Shown here: positions 24,721 to 37,662 of the stretch, in pieces
Position numbering within the stretch: position 1 is the stretch's first letter
How the letters are laid out: each line of letters opens with the position of its first letter
Assembly (NCBI GenBank): GCA_030324005.1
Contig: JARDVH010000185.1
Span: forward strand, 4,280,981-4,344,496
Direction of reading: 5' to 3'
Length of the DNA: 63,516 bases
From: Negaprion brevirostris
Taxonomy: Eukaryota
The notes under the pieces: model-generated
What the model saw: the letters and a program-made list of their open reading frames with translations, nothing else
Database searches by the model: none
What the model was told of the DNA's origin: nothing
Program-made: the position numbers and the translations under genes

Positions 24721-27039
24721 GGGAACTTGATGAAAGGTAAGTTCAAAAGGTCCTCCTCATGAAATTCCCCCCCCCCCCATTTAGGGTACAGCACTTTGTC
24801 TCATCTTAGTTGTGGATGAAGATTGAACACGAGGAACCATAAAGTCATTGCTCGTAATTTGTTCAACTCAAATAACGCCAAAAATAGAAGTGTTGTTTTG
24901 GTTGAGAACTTGACATCTTCAGATCAAGTTGAACAAGCAGTGTATAAGTGCTGATGACTGCATGCTTTAAACATGAGTTAATAAAGCTTTGTAGATGACC
25001 TTGAAAAAGAAATCTTTCATAGGTTTTCGCTAATAGTCGCTGAAAAAGTACAACGATCTCTAGCTTGCCTGGTAGCTGCCGCTGGACACCATCACAAGGA
25101 GATACAGTTATGCTACTCAAATGAACTCAGTTCATTTTAACAATAGGTTGCCTAAAATCTTACTCCCAAACAAAATTAGCTATCTAAATGATTTGTCTTA
25201 CCTGCATTAAAATGTATGCCCTTTCAAGGAAGAAATAAATATTTGGGGGCAAATAATAAGAAAATTAACAATGTGACTTTGAGATAAGTAATATTCAGTC
25301 TTGGATAAAAGCAAACAAATTACAATACATCTATCACCAACACTGGAATCAAGAAACCCTCCCAAAGAAACACAATCTCACAGGAACTCAAAGGTTCAAA
25401 CAATTCTTGCAACTAATTTTGATGTTCCATACTTAAAGATCCATGTTGAAATACTGAAACAGCCAAAAGATACGAACAGTTGTATTTTTTGATCTTACAC
25501 AAACACAGATTTTGAATCTGAATCCATCTTCTAAGACTCTCTCGACAGGCTTGCATCAATTGGAAGAGCTATTTTCTCAGGTTGGTGGGCAAGGGTTCCT
25601 ATAAAACGATTTGAACAGCTGGTGGACATGAATAACACAAGATGAGTGTTCTTTTCTCACTGGCTCAAAGTTCAATTTGGGAAAGGATGCACAGACGTCT
25701 TTTCTGCTAGATTGTGAAACATCAGAGTAATTCTGGCTGCTACCAAAATATTTCAAAATTGAATTCAAACTGTAGGTCATTCAACAAGATTTTAGGGTTG
25801 TAAGCTGCGAGATGACTGCTAAACAGCTGTGACGCCCCTTTAAATCCTTTTTTCTGATAGTGATCATGATCTCATGAACCATGGCCCAATTCCTGCTGGG
25901 AAAAAAGCCTGCAAACTCCAGTTAGCAGCACCCCTCCCCAAATTTTTAGTCTTGTGTCATGCAGTCAGGGCCATTGTTACATTGGCAAAACGTTTCAGAA
26001 GCATTGCTCTAAACAGGTCGATCATTTAGGAGACTTTAAACATCTGGTCCTATCTTTGGGTGGCTACGCATATCAGGACGAAAGTCGATCTAAGTCACTG
26101 CTGAAATAAACCCACTTTAATCAAGGATGACCCTATAATGGCTTATCGTTTTAAATGAAGAGTTGTACTTGATGAAAAAAGTCAAAGGTGGTTTCTCAAT
26201 AGGCAACGGCTCTGATGCACATCAATTTCGATCCAAATAGAAAGAAAGCTAATGCAGATGAAATTAAAAATTCATCTGCTGCCAAAAGTCAGTTACTTTG
26301 ACTCACGTAGGCAACTATCGCAGAAGCAATTACTCCAGTTAATGACTAGAGTATTTTAACCATCTGAGTGGAACAGATAACCGAGTGTCAGAGCAAATAC
26401 TGCTCAAGTTCCGTACAAAATAAACACTTCAGGGAGTTGTGTAAGATTCACAGTCTACCTCAATGCATTGTGAGTAAATGCACAACAACAACAGGTGATT
26501 TGTTTTTTTTGAGAGAATGGTGCTGTGGTTACAGCTTTCCCACACAAGACTTCCACAAGTAGATTACATTTTCTTTGGCAGGTGGATCTTCGGGCATTTC
26601 CAAGTCTGAAAGAAATCATCGTCGACTTTTCTGCAAGTGGAATTACCTTCCATGCACAAGCTGGTCACACCCTTCACAATCATGCTGAAAAAGATTGCCA
26701 GAACAGCATGAACATGGCTCAATGGCACTCACTGCAACCGCAGACCAGAACTGAGGTCCACCAGTCCAGTATGCTTGACATGTTTTGAGAAGTAGTTTAC
26801 CTTCTCCTTCTCACTCTCAGAACAGCCCTGGGTAAATCACCAAGAACACAAATAAAGATAGTTAAATAGGAAATAATGAAAAATAATCATCTCAAATGTA
26901 TTGCAAAGGAGATTGCCAGAATCCCAAAATGGCAGCAAGACAAGATAACCAAAAAAAAAATACTTTAAGTGTAGAAAGGGGAAGGGTGAAAAGATAAAAT
27001 TGTGTAAAACTATTAACAATGCAGATGCTCTCAAAATGA

Positions 27040-29060
27040 CAGTATGCATTTATATAGCACCTTTAATGAAACAAAAGGTCGCAAGGTGCTTCACAGAAGA
27101 ACCAAACACACTTTGACACTGAGCTACAGAAAGAGATGACCCAAATCTTGGCCAAAAAAGGTAATTTTAAGAAGCGTCTTAAAGCAGAAAACTAAGTTAG
27201 AGAAGAGGTTTGCAGAGAGAATGAGGCAACTGAAGACACGGCTGCCAATCGTGGATGACTAAAATCAAGATGATCAACGAGGCTAGAATTGAAAGGGCCT
27301 AGATATCTTGGGAGGGTTTTAGGAGATTACAGAGATAGGGAGGAGTAAGGTCATGGCAAAGTGAAAATAAGGATGAGAATTTTAAAATTTGCTTAACCAA
27401 AGCTATGTAGCTCAGCATGTGTCGGGGTGATAGTGACCAGGTACTAATTTCAAGTTAGTAACTCAAATTCTTTTACAGTCTATAATGTAGGAGACTGGAA
27501 GGAGTATGTTGGGTCCTAAATCTAACATGCATGTGGAAACTGACCACATGCTTTCAGGTGATGTCACCAAGAAACTGTTGTGGTTGAGAAACAGGAGTGG
27601 CCAAGGATCTTTCCGCCGCCACACTAAAATTAACTGTGCAGAAATGGGAAAGAGAAGCCATTTCAGGTGACTTCAGGTTACAAGAAAAGATATGAATGGA
27701 ACCAGAGAGTGCAGTCCTACTCAAATGGAGAGTAGTAAACAGGTTTTAGAAGACAAAGGTATGATCAATTGCATCAAAGCTGCAAGCCTTTGTGACTTCA
27801 ACAAGAGTCATTTGGATATGGTGGAAAGGCAGAAACATGATTGAAATGATTCAAATATGTAATACCAGGAAAGAGAAGCATGGGTTTGAGGCAATAACTT
27901 GAGAGAAAGGAACTTAACAATGACAACTGAAGACAGAAGGGTCACAGATTGATTTGTGAGGATAAGCAACGATGGCAGATTTGTAGAAACCTGCAGAGAG
28001 AACTAGATTAATGGAGGAAGCAAATCACAAAAGAACAAATAACTGCAAAGGAACAGGCAATTTCACATTGTAGAGAATAGTCAAAAAAGCTGCTAACACT
28101 ATGGGAAGGAACTGCTATGGGGAAGTGTGCCAAAGTGATTTTAAACATTAACTGATGGGCAACATCATACTGCTTATCATGAGTGAATGTAGAGTCCAAG
28201 AAGGTCATTGACAGGATTTGGAGAAGACCATATATGCATGACTTGCAGTGATAAAATGTGGTGTAGAGGCATGCAATGTTAAGAAAATATGGGGAAGGGA
28301 ACTCAGCTTGTGATCAAGCAACAGCCTTTGATCTGCAGCAGTATCAGACTAAACCTCAGGCTGGTTGATAAAATTAAAAGCATTGGCTACAAAGTCAAAA
28401 TAGATGGTTTCTATTTTCCTTATGTTAACCTGTTTTTTAAAACGCATCTCAAAACTTCATACCCAATAGCAGCAAGAAATTAAATCATCGTCATGAAATT
28501 AAGTATAAAAAATAGGCATTATCAATATAAGTATCGAAATTGATGCTGTACTTGCTGATTAGCATCAAGCTTTATCAAACAGAAAGGAAGTGAAGGTGGA
28601 GATTTTTGCTGTTTGGGGATAGGAAATATATCATTAATGGGATACACACTGATTGAGAAAGGTAATGATTCAAATCGGGAGAGTTTGTTACAAAAAGGGC
28701 TGGGCTTCTGGGACATTGGAAAGAGCAGAATGATCAGCAAGAAGGACAAGTACAGCAATCATATAAGGCTAACGTTAGTATTTGGATAGAAACAGTGTCT
28801 GCTTTTGGCAGAGCAGAAATCAGATTAGAGTGTGTCACAGCAGTTGGGCAAACTAGGACCCGAGAGAAAGACAAGATTCAGCAGTAGCAAGGAAGGTACA
28901 GTAGTGTTTTGGATGAACAGGATAGTGACAGTTGTCTTGGAGGAGTTATGGATGAAAAAGGGGGATAGGAGCTGAGTCATATAAGGCTACAGTGAGAGAG
29001 CGAAGGATGATGGAAATAAGGAGCTGAGTTACTCCTGCTTGGCAAGATACTTTTGCACCA
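27040..29060 (-). mobile_element. Highly decayed L2 LINE
   Basis: L2-type 3' end (rc of gcatttatatagcacctttaat...aaggtgcttcacag) followed by a purine-rich L2-like body. Confidence 0.65.
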
Positions 29061-32000
29061 ATGTAAATTAAGCTGGAGAAGGAATAGTAAATAGTAGCAT
29101 TAAAGTGAGATCTTGTCATGAATTACTAGAGCAATCAAGACGCTAGGTACAGTGATGATCTGCGGATTTCAGAAGGCATCTTTATCAGGAGAAACAGCAA
29201 GTGGTGACAACCCAACTCAGGTCTAGTGGAGTGAGACGTGATGCCATATGCATGCCAAAAGTGCTCATTATGTTAAAACATTTAGTAATTAAGTCTTCCC
29301 ATTATGATAAAGTAGTATTGCATGAGATCTCATGGCACCCAGTTCACATTCATTTAAAGGTGGTGTGCAAGTCAGCTTTGTGTCTGAAGTGAGCAGTTTT
29401 TCTTGTTGAACTGTGCATGTGCATGTGTGTGTGTGCGTGACAGGGAAATGTTATGAAGGAGAAGACAGAACTAAGGGAAGACGGAGGCAGGAGTGGGGAA
29501 GCCTGGCATCCTGGATGTGATGATGGATGGTGGGTTCAGTAAGTCAGGTAGATAAATGAGGGGCGTAAAGGGCTGTGTCAGAATTGCGTACTTGTGGGTC
29601 CAACTGAGCCTGTTAACTAGCGGAGTCCTTTCAGTTCACCTATCCCTGGAGAGGTCTTCAGATAGAAAGGAGGGCCAGCTGAACCTGCAAGTCCAGCTTT
29701 GTCCCACAGAGTACAACACTGAACACAAATATGAACATTCAATAAAGAATGAACACTAAATCCAATAGTGTCCCTAACTTCCCTAAAACCATCAATTCAT
29801 GCCAACAGTTAGGCGCGCCAGTACTTCTAACTCTCTAAGTTAGTCTCAACAAATAATAATGCACACATGAATAAAGTGAAACCGCAATGAGATATTTACA
29901 AATGAAATTCAAATGTGAAAAACACCTCGTCATCTCTGTGCTCTCAGTAAGTCTTACGTTAATGGCAATGGAGATAGGCAGGAAAGTGTGGCCATGGTAA
30001 AGAGCATCCTGTTAGTCCAGGAGGCTCTGTGGTAACCCACACATAACTGCGATATTCTCAAATGACAGCAGCTTTCACCAATGAAAAGCTTCCCCTTCCC
30101 AACTGATCACTTTGTGTCTCCTGTGCACTCCACTGGTACTTAACATGGACACCAGCAAAAAGCAAGAGCATAAGCAGTGGTTTCCACTTGCTATTCCACA
30201 GTTAAAATTCTGTCCTAAAAGTGCAGCAATGTAAATTACACATGGCGGGTCAATGATTGAAAAGAATTTGACAGGAAATAAAGAGGATATTCAGATGTGC
30301 TTGCCCCACTGGTAAAAAAGAATACAAGTTTGTGTATCATGGAGAAGATGGTAAATAGGGAGCGAGTGTGCAATTTGAGAGAATTCATCAATGGCAGAGG
30401 CCTCAGTCAAGGCCCTATGTGATAAGTTTGAAAAGATGGAAAGAACGTCAATGCAGAAAGTGAGGTTTGAGACTGAAGGACTGAAAGGAAGTGGATGGAG
30501 AGATTGGAACTTATATTAATATAGAAAGATAAGCGACTTAGTAAAGCAACTGAAGGAATAAGAGAGAAGATATTTGAATGTAGAAAACTACTCAGGCCAA
30601 GGGTCTTCAAGACCTTGAAGACAAAATACGTAGTTATATAGAGCAAGGTGTTTGAAAGTGAAGAGGAAGAATATAGAGATTGAACAGAGCAGACAATAAC
30701 CACAACATCACAGAGCAGACAATAACCACATCATCACAAGTTGTTTGAGTGAAGAGTTTGCAAATAGTGGGGGTATGGTAGCTTGCACATGACATAGTTA
30801 ATCAACATAGTTGTTTGTGAGGGTGCCTTGGAAATGAGGCTTTCACAGCTCGACAATTTAAAAAAATTGCAGAGCCCCAGGAAAAAGGCAGGGGAATGGA
30901 ATTGAAAGTTGTTCTTAGAGAGAACTGCCACAGAGGAACAAATGACATCCTCCTGCGCTGAAACCTTTGTAGGACTCTGGCCTGAAAATAGATTAAAATG
31001 CTTGGGACAGGTTTTATGGTCAGCCTGGTGAGTTTGGGGAGCCAGAGAGATACCAATCCCTTTACAGCCTACCTTGATGCTACCTCTGTAGCTAGGAAAT
31101 GCTTTTTTTTTTTAAAGCACACTTCTCTCAATTCATCAGTTTTTTTTTCCTCCCGCCTGTGGAGAAGTTTATGTACAAGTCTGCATCAGAGATCAAGTTT
31201 GATATAAAATTAACAAATAATTGCATCTTATTTTTGTGGAAAACATGAGTTTATAATCAAGATCAGCTTTAATTTTTTTAGTTTCAATTTAAGTTGTGAT
31301 TCATAATCAAAATAACATGGGACAGTATTATACTCTTCCACTAATGAAAGGGCTGACACAGAAAATTGAGCTAATTCCAGTGAACAGGTTCAGTAATAAG
31401 GATATTTCATTTGAACTTTAATTTAAAAACACTTCATATCCAATTTGCAAAACCTGAACTTGAAAAACCCTGTAAAATCAGTTAAACTTACCACTTACAA
31501 TCTGGTAAATGTGAATAAAGCCTGTGAATTCTGATTAATTCAGCGCAACTAGATTTTACTTAAAACAATGATTTTGAAACCTGACCTCAGAGCTTCTATC
31601 CTTCATTTCATATACCTAAAGGAAGCCTCATCAAGTTGACCATGACTCAAATCAGTGCTGTGACCATCCTTTTTCTAATTCAGTTCCGAGTCTGAAAGTA
31701 GCAGATCTACAGACAGCTGAAGGCAAAGAGCTTTCAACTGCAACTGGAGATGTACTTGAATTGCAGATCCTGAAAGAAAGGGGTCTCAAGCTTCTAATTT
31801 GGTAATTGCAACTAGACAACAGCTAGTATACATGTTCTTTAATCCATAACAAAGGCATAGCTGTCGATAGTTTGACTGTATTTCAATATATTTATATACA
31901 GATCATGGAACTGTAGCCTGGTTCTTTGTACAGCTCCTTCTAGAAATGGCTGTGCAAGTTCCAAATGAAAAAAAGCTTAGCTGGTGACTTTGGCCACATT

Positions 32001-32479
32001 ATAAATTGTTAAAAGCAGCCATATTTGCTCAAGTCACTGTTTCCTATCTCAAAACATTTGGGCAAATGCAAATGGCACATCATCAAGATGAAGGAACTGG
32101 CTTTCAACGTAGATAACCTAAACTGTTACTACAGAACCTGGTACAAGAATTTAATGACGAAACAGCTGTAGCGGCACAGGAACAAAGAAAAAAGCTTATA
32201 ACATGCTGAGACTTGTGTTCATAGGTTAAAATAGCGTGTCGAGGAAAAGTTTATCACTTTGTGCAACAGAAATGAAAGCCAAGGAAGCAAAAGTCTACAA
32301 AGAGATAAGAGTTGTCTACTAATAGGTCCAATAATACCAAACATTCTGGTAAACATTCCACATGACACTCAATAGCTCTGAAACTTCATGCAGAATACAC
32401 AGGAACAAAGAAGAAACAATGAGGACAATAACAGCTTTTACAGTACAAGAACAAAATCATTTTGAAGATTTATAGTCTC

Positions 32480-33090
32480 TTCATTACATCAGATGTGTTA
32501 GTCTTTATTACAAAGGGATTGGAATAAAAGAACACAAGTCTTTAGTGCATAGTGTTTTGGAGTGCTGTGTACAGTTTGAGTCCCTTTATCCGAGGAAGGC
32601 CACACTGGTGTAAAAGCAGTGTTGCAACAATGGTTCACTGGACTGGGATGAGATTATCCTTTGGGGAGGGAGTACAATTAGCCTAAATTCCCTAGGCTCT
32701 AGAAGAACGTGAAGTGGTCACATTAAGATACATAAAATTCTTGGAGGACTTGGCAGGGTAGATGCGAGGAGGATGTTTCCTCTAGCAGAAGTGTCAAGCA
32801 CTAGCGGTCAGATATTTAGTGTCAAAATGAGAAGCTTATTCACCTATATAACTGTATCTTTAAATGATAATTGTAAATCTTTCAAATTCTGCAAAGAGCA
32901 CTGCGGATGTTCGGTCATTAAATACGTTCAAGGCAAAGAACAGTACTTTTAGACATAAAGGAAATCAAGGGACATGTTAACAATGTGGGACAGTGAAATG
33001 GAGGTAGAAGATTAGCCATGATTTTGTTGCATAGCGGAGCAAGCTCCCAAGAGCCAAATGGCCCACTCCTGTTCCTATTTCTTATGTTCT
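32480..33090 (+). mobile_element. CR1 LINE 3' fragment
   Basis: Degenerate LEYCVQFW / YKILGGL motifs; tail aatggcccactcctgttcctatttcttatgttctt. Confidence 0.85.
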
Positions 33091-33774
33091 TCTGAATGTC
33101 CCATAAAGGATAACATTCTGCAAATGTAATTAGAGTTGCAGAGAATTTCCATTTTCGTGTGTAATAAAATTTGGCATGTAAAATCAGAGTGAAGCAACTT
33201 TGAATTCATCAAGTCAACGTATATTTTCAGAGTCGTAAAGAATTCTGCCCAAAGATCTAGGGAACTGTTGCTGCAGCTGCACAATAAAAATCAGCAATGT
33301 TTCCAGAGATAAACCTGACAATTAGAGAGAGAGATGATTTGCAATAAATCTGATTTAAAGCAAAAAAAAACTCCCTCTGAAAAAAGTACAAAATATGGCA
33401 GTTTTCATCAAGGATTCTGCAGTGCTAATAGGCAAGATTTAACAGACTTCTGAAGTTAAATCACTGACTTATCCTGAAACACCACTTAGTTTGAAATGCA
33501 ATGAATTTATATTTGATGAATAGTGGTTTACCACAAAATTATATTTGAGAGATCAGGATTTCATTCTCAAGCTAACATTGGTCTTCCTGCTGCACAACTT
33601 TCTACACAATTATAAGGGATCACAGCAGAATATAAATTGTTCTATATTTACGTCATTTGCCAGAATGTACAAGTACATGGACAGGATTGAGAAAACTGCT
33701 CAAATGGTTGGATTAACCAAGGAACATAAAGTAAAAATGAAATTAGGTAGAGTTTTCTACCCCAAAGTACAACA

Positions 33775-34112
33775 TTACAAAGAACAAAAAACAGTACAGC
33801 ACAGGAACAGGCCCTTCGGTCCTCCAAGCCTGTACCGATCATGTTGTCCTATCCAGACCAAACTATTTGTTCATATGCCTATCAAGATAAGTCTTAAATG
33901 TGGCTAATGTAACTGCCTCAACCACATTACTTGGCAGTGCATTCCAGGTCCCCACCACCCTGTGTAAAAAATACTTCCTCCACACATCTCCACTGAACCT
34001 TTCCCCTCTTACCTTGAACTTGTGTCCCCTCGTAATTGTCATTTCAGCCCTGGGAGAAAGCTCCCAATTGTTCACCCTAACCATACCTCTCATAATTTTA
34101 TAAACTTCTATC
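33775..34112 (-). mobile_element. CR1 LINE 3' end
   Basis: Minus ORF TRGHKFKVRGERFSGDVWRKYFLHRVVGTWNALPSNVVEA. Confidence 0.9.
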
Positions 34113-35020
34113 AGCTAGTAAATCTGGTGTGTTCACATTATATATTAATGATTTGGATGAGGAATCTGAATATATCATGTGCAGACAATACAAAGATGGG
34201 AGGGTGATTGTGAGGAGGATGCAGAGCTTCAGTGTGATTTGGACAGGCTGAGTCTATGGGCATAAGAACAAAAGAAAATAAGAAATAGGAGCAGGAGTAG
34301 GCCATCGAGCCCCTCGAGCCTGCCCTGCCATTCAATAAGATCATGGCTGATCTGTCGTGGCTCAGTTCCACATTCCCACCCTCTCCCCATNNNNNNNNNN
34401 NNNNNNNNNNNNNNNNNNNNNNNNNNNNNNNNNNNNNNNNNNNNNNNNNNNNNNNNNNNNNNNNNNNNNNNNNNNNNNNNNNNNNNNNNNNNNNNNNNNN
34501 NNNNNNNNNNNNNNNNNNNNNNNNNNNNNNNNNNNNNNNNNNNNNNNNNNNNNNNNNNNNNNNNNNNNNNNNNNNNNNNNNNNNNNNNNNNNNNNNNNNN
34601 NNNNNNNNNNNNNNNNNNNNNNNNNNNNNNNNNNNNNNNNNNNNNNNNNNNNNNNNNNNNNNNNNNNNNNNNNNNNNNTCTAATAGAATTAGACAGGATA
34701 GATTCAGAAAGAATGTTCCTGATAGTGGGGGAGCTCAGAACTATGGGTTTGAGGATAAGGGGTAAACCTTTTAGGACAGAGGTGAGGAGAAATTTTTCTA
34801 CCAGTGGGTGGTGAATGTGTGGAATTCACTACCACTGAATGTAGCTGAGGCCAAAATGCTGTGGGATTTCAAGAATAAATTAGATATAGCTCTTAGGACT
34901 AAAGGGATCAAGGGATACGGGGGGTGGGGAATCAGGATATTGAATTCGATGATCATAATGGATGGCAGAGCAGGCTTGAAGGGCTGAATGGCCTACTCCT
35001 GCTTCTAGTTTTTTGTCTCT
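34113..35020 (+). mobile_element. CR1 fragment with an antisense CR1 3' end nested at 34260-34390, then an N gap
   Basis: YINDLDE..ADNTKMGG (34138-34205); 3' tail aatggcctactcctgcttctag at ~34990. Confidence 0.8.
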
Positions 35021-36189
35021 TAAAAGAGATTCCATGACTGCAGCTGGGTGGGAAACTGGGGGAAGAGGCAGGGTGTGGGCATCAGTTTTGATGCTTCAGG
35101 TATCATGAGCGTGGAGTAGGCTTGGCTGGTCTTTTCCTGCCAGTCATTCCCATATGTTCATAACCAAGGAAATAGATTACAATGGGCTCCAGAAACATTA
35201 GAAATGTTTTTCGAAAATATTGTGGGATAGAGTGAGGGAGGCTTGTTTTAATTAATAGCCTTTTCTTATTACTAACTTCTATTTACATCATGTCACAGGT
35301 TGCACAGTAAATCAAAGTTAGGAGTGAACAGAAGTGGATGCCTGTTGACTTTAAAACATTTGGAATGTCAATATTTCTGATAAGAGAATCTCTGTTGATC
35401 ACTCATTCACTTATGTGCAACCTTAAAGATAAATGTTTGCTGGCACTCCAACTTGTTAATGCTGCTGAGTGGTAAGATTAAGGCTGTCACTCCCAATGAC
35501 CATACACAAGTTTCGTATCTCCATTGTATCACCACTTTTAGGGGAGATACACAGGACTGAGTAGAGCCTGGGACAGAATTGGAGAAAACACAAAACCAAA
35601 CCAGTCCATTGTTTTGTTCTTCCTGCTGGAAAATTACAGGTCCAGGAAGTTGCAACTTGCTGGATTGCTTGGTCAAGTAATAACATAATGGTAAGTTGGA
35701 GTAACATGAAGTAGACAAAATGTTTGCTCCAGAACAAAGATGAATTTCATTTGTTAGTGAATGTTTATCAAGTGCATAAAAATTCAAAGTACACTCGTGA
35801 TGTTCACTCCTATTAACTGAATTTAATTTAAAGAGTGCTATTGCAAAGCTACCCTTTCCAAGGGGATTTAATAGTAATACAAACTTGCAACAAGAACTAT
35901 CTCCAACAGATTATGGTTTATGTGGATCATGTGTTCATTGCAGATAGCACCATTCAAGGCCACATCACCAATCATCCTCCTTCAAAACACCGACAATAAT
36001 CTGCGAGACGCTTCCAATTCCCTCCTGTGTGTTAAATCAGCAGGAAAACAACTTGATGTACTGACATTTGGAATAGAAAGTTCAATGATGATTATTATGG
36101 TTAGAGAAATGAGGCTGTGTTCAAAATTCCATACTATACTCAAACTACACATTACAAAGCCTCAACTTTAGTGTACTACAAATGTGCAT

Positions 36190-37662
36190 CAAGGCCAACA
36201 TGTCAGTGCAGTACTCAGGGAATGTCCTGCACTGTCGGCAGTGCCATCTTTCAGACAAGACACGGCAAAAGCCCCCTTTGCTCTCTGGTATGACTGTACG
36301 AGATCCCACAGCACTATTGCCAAGAATGATTCATTGCTATCTGGATGACACATCTTGGTTTTCTCCTGAAGTTGCATCACAGAAGCTCATCTTCAGCCAA
36401 TTGGATTCACTCCGTGATATCAAGAGGTGATTGAGCCTACTGTACACGGCAAACGCCCTGACAACACCTCGGTCACAGTGGACTGAGANNNNNNNNNNNN
36501 NNNNNNNNNNNNNNNNNNNNNNNNNNNNNNNNNNNNNNNNNNNNNNNNNNNNNNNNNNNNNNNNNNNNNNNNNNNNNNNNNNNNNNNNCCTGACAACACC
36601 TCGGTCACAGTGGACTGAGAAATGGCAAATGGAGTTCAATACAGATAAGTGTAAGGTGCTGCATTTTGGAAAGTGAAATCAAGGTAGGATTTTCACAGTG
36701 AACGGTAGGATCTTAGGGAATATCATGGAACAGAAGGACCTTCAGGTGCACAATTCTCTAAAGATGGAGTCACAGTGGAGGCAGCTTTTGGCATGGTGGC
36801 TTTCATGAGTCAGGGCATTGTATAGAACATCAGTGTACAACAGTTGGGAATGTTACGTTGCAGTTGTACAGGACATTGGTGAGGCCACATCTGGAGTATT
36901 GTGTTCCCTTTTAGTCGCCTTGCTATTGGAAAGCTGTCATCAAACTGGAGAGAGTGCAGAAGAGATTTACAAGGATGTTGCCAGGACTCATGGGACTGAG
37001 TCAGAGGGAGAGATTGGACAGACTAGGACTTTTGTCTTTTGGAGAGTAGGAGACTGAGGAGTGACCTTATAGGAGGTGTAAAACATCATGACAGACATGG
37101 ATAGGATGAAGGCGCTCAGTCTTTTCTCAGGGTTGGGAATCAAGAACTAAGAGGGGAAAGAATTACTGGGAACCTGAGGAGCAACTTTGCTTTTTTTTTT
37201 AAAAACACAGTGGGTGGTACTTACATGGAATGAGTTGCCCAAAGAAGTGTTTGAGGCAGGGACGTTGACAACATTTAAAAGGCATTTGGACAGAAACATG
37301 GATAGGAAAGGTTAAAGAGGGATATGGGCCAAATGCAGGCAAATAGGATTAGTTTAGATGGACATTTTAGTCCGCATGGACTAGCTTGGGCCCAAGGGCC
37401 TGTCTCCATGCCGCTGATTCTGCCCTGTGCTGAAACGGCATGTAAGGACACGGGCATTATCCCCAGTGTCCTGATCAGTCTTTCTCCCTCAGTCAACATC
37501 ATAAAAACAGATAATCTGGTCATTATCAGATGACAGTTCATGGGAGTTTGTTTAGGTTCTGTGAACCCCACAGGGACTACACTTCAAAATTGTTTCATTC
37601 ACTGTAAAGCATTTAGAGACATCCAATAATTGTGAAATGCACTATATAAATGCACATCCTTT
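36190..37662 (+). mobile_element. Deu-domain SINE split into 36190-36325 and ~37455-37662 by LINE insertions
   Basis: 5' part cagtgcagtactcagggaatgtcctgcactgtcgg...gatcccacagcactatt; 3' part ccccagtgtcctg...tctggtcattatc...gactacacttcaaaa...ctatataaatgca. Confidence 0.75.
36610..37415 (+). mobile_element. CR1 LINE 3' fragment
   Basis: KWQMEFNTDKCKVLHFGK; LVRPHLEYCV; tail gggcccaagggcctgtctccatgc. Confidence 0.9.

Noticed and set aside
30684-30735. 26-bp tandem duplication acagagcagacaataaccaca(a/t)catc
   Set aside because: Ordinary two-copy slippage duplication with no further structure
36457-36620. Direct repeat cctgacaacacctcggtcacagtggactgaga flanking a 100-N gap
   Set aside because: Most likely an assembly overlap artefact
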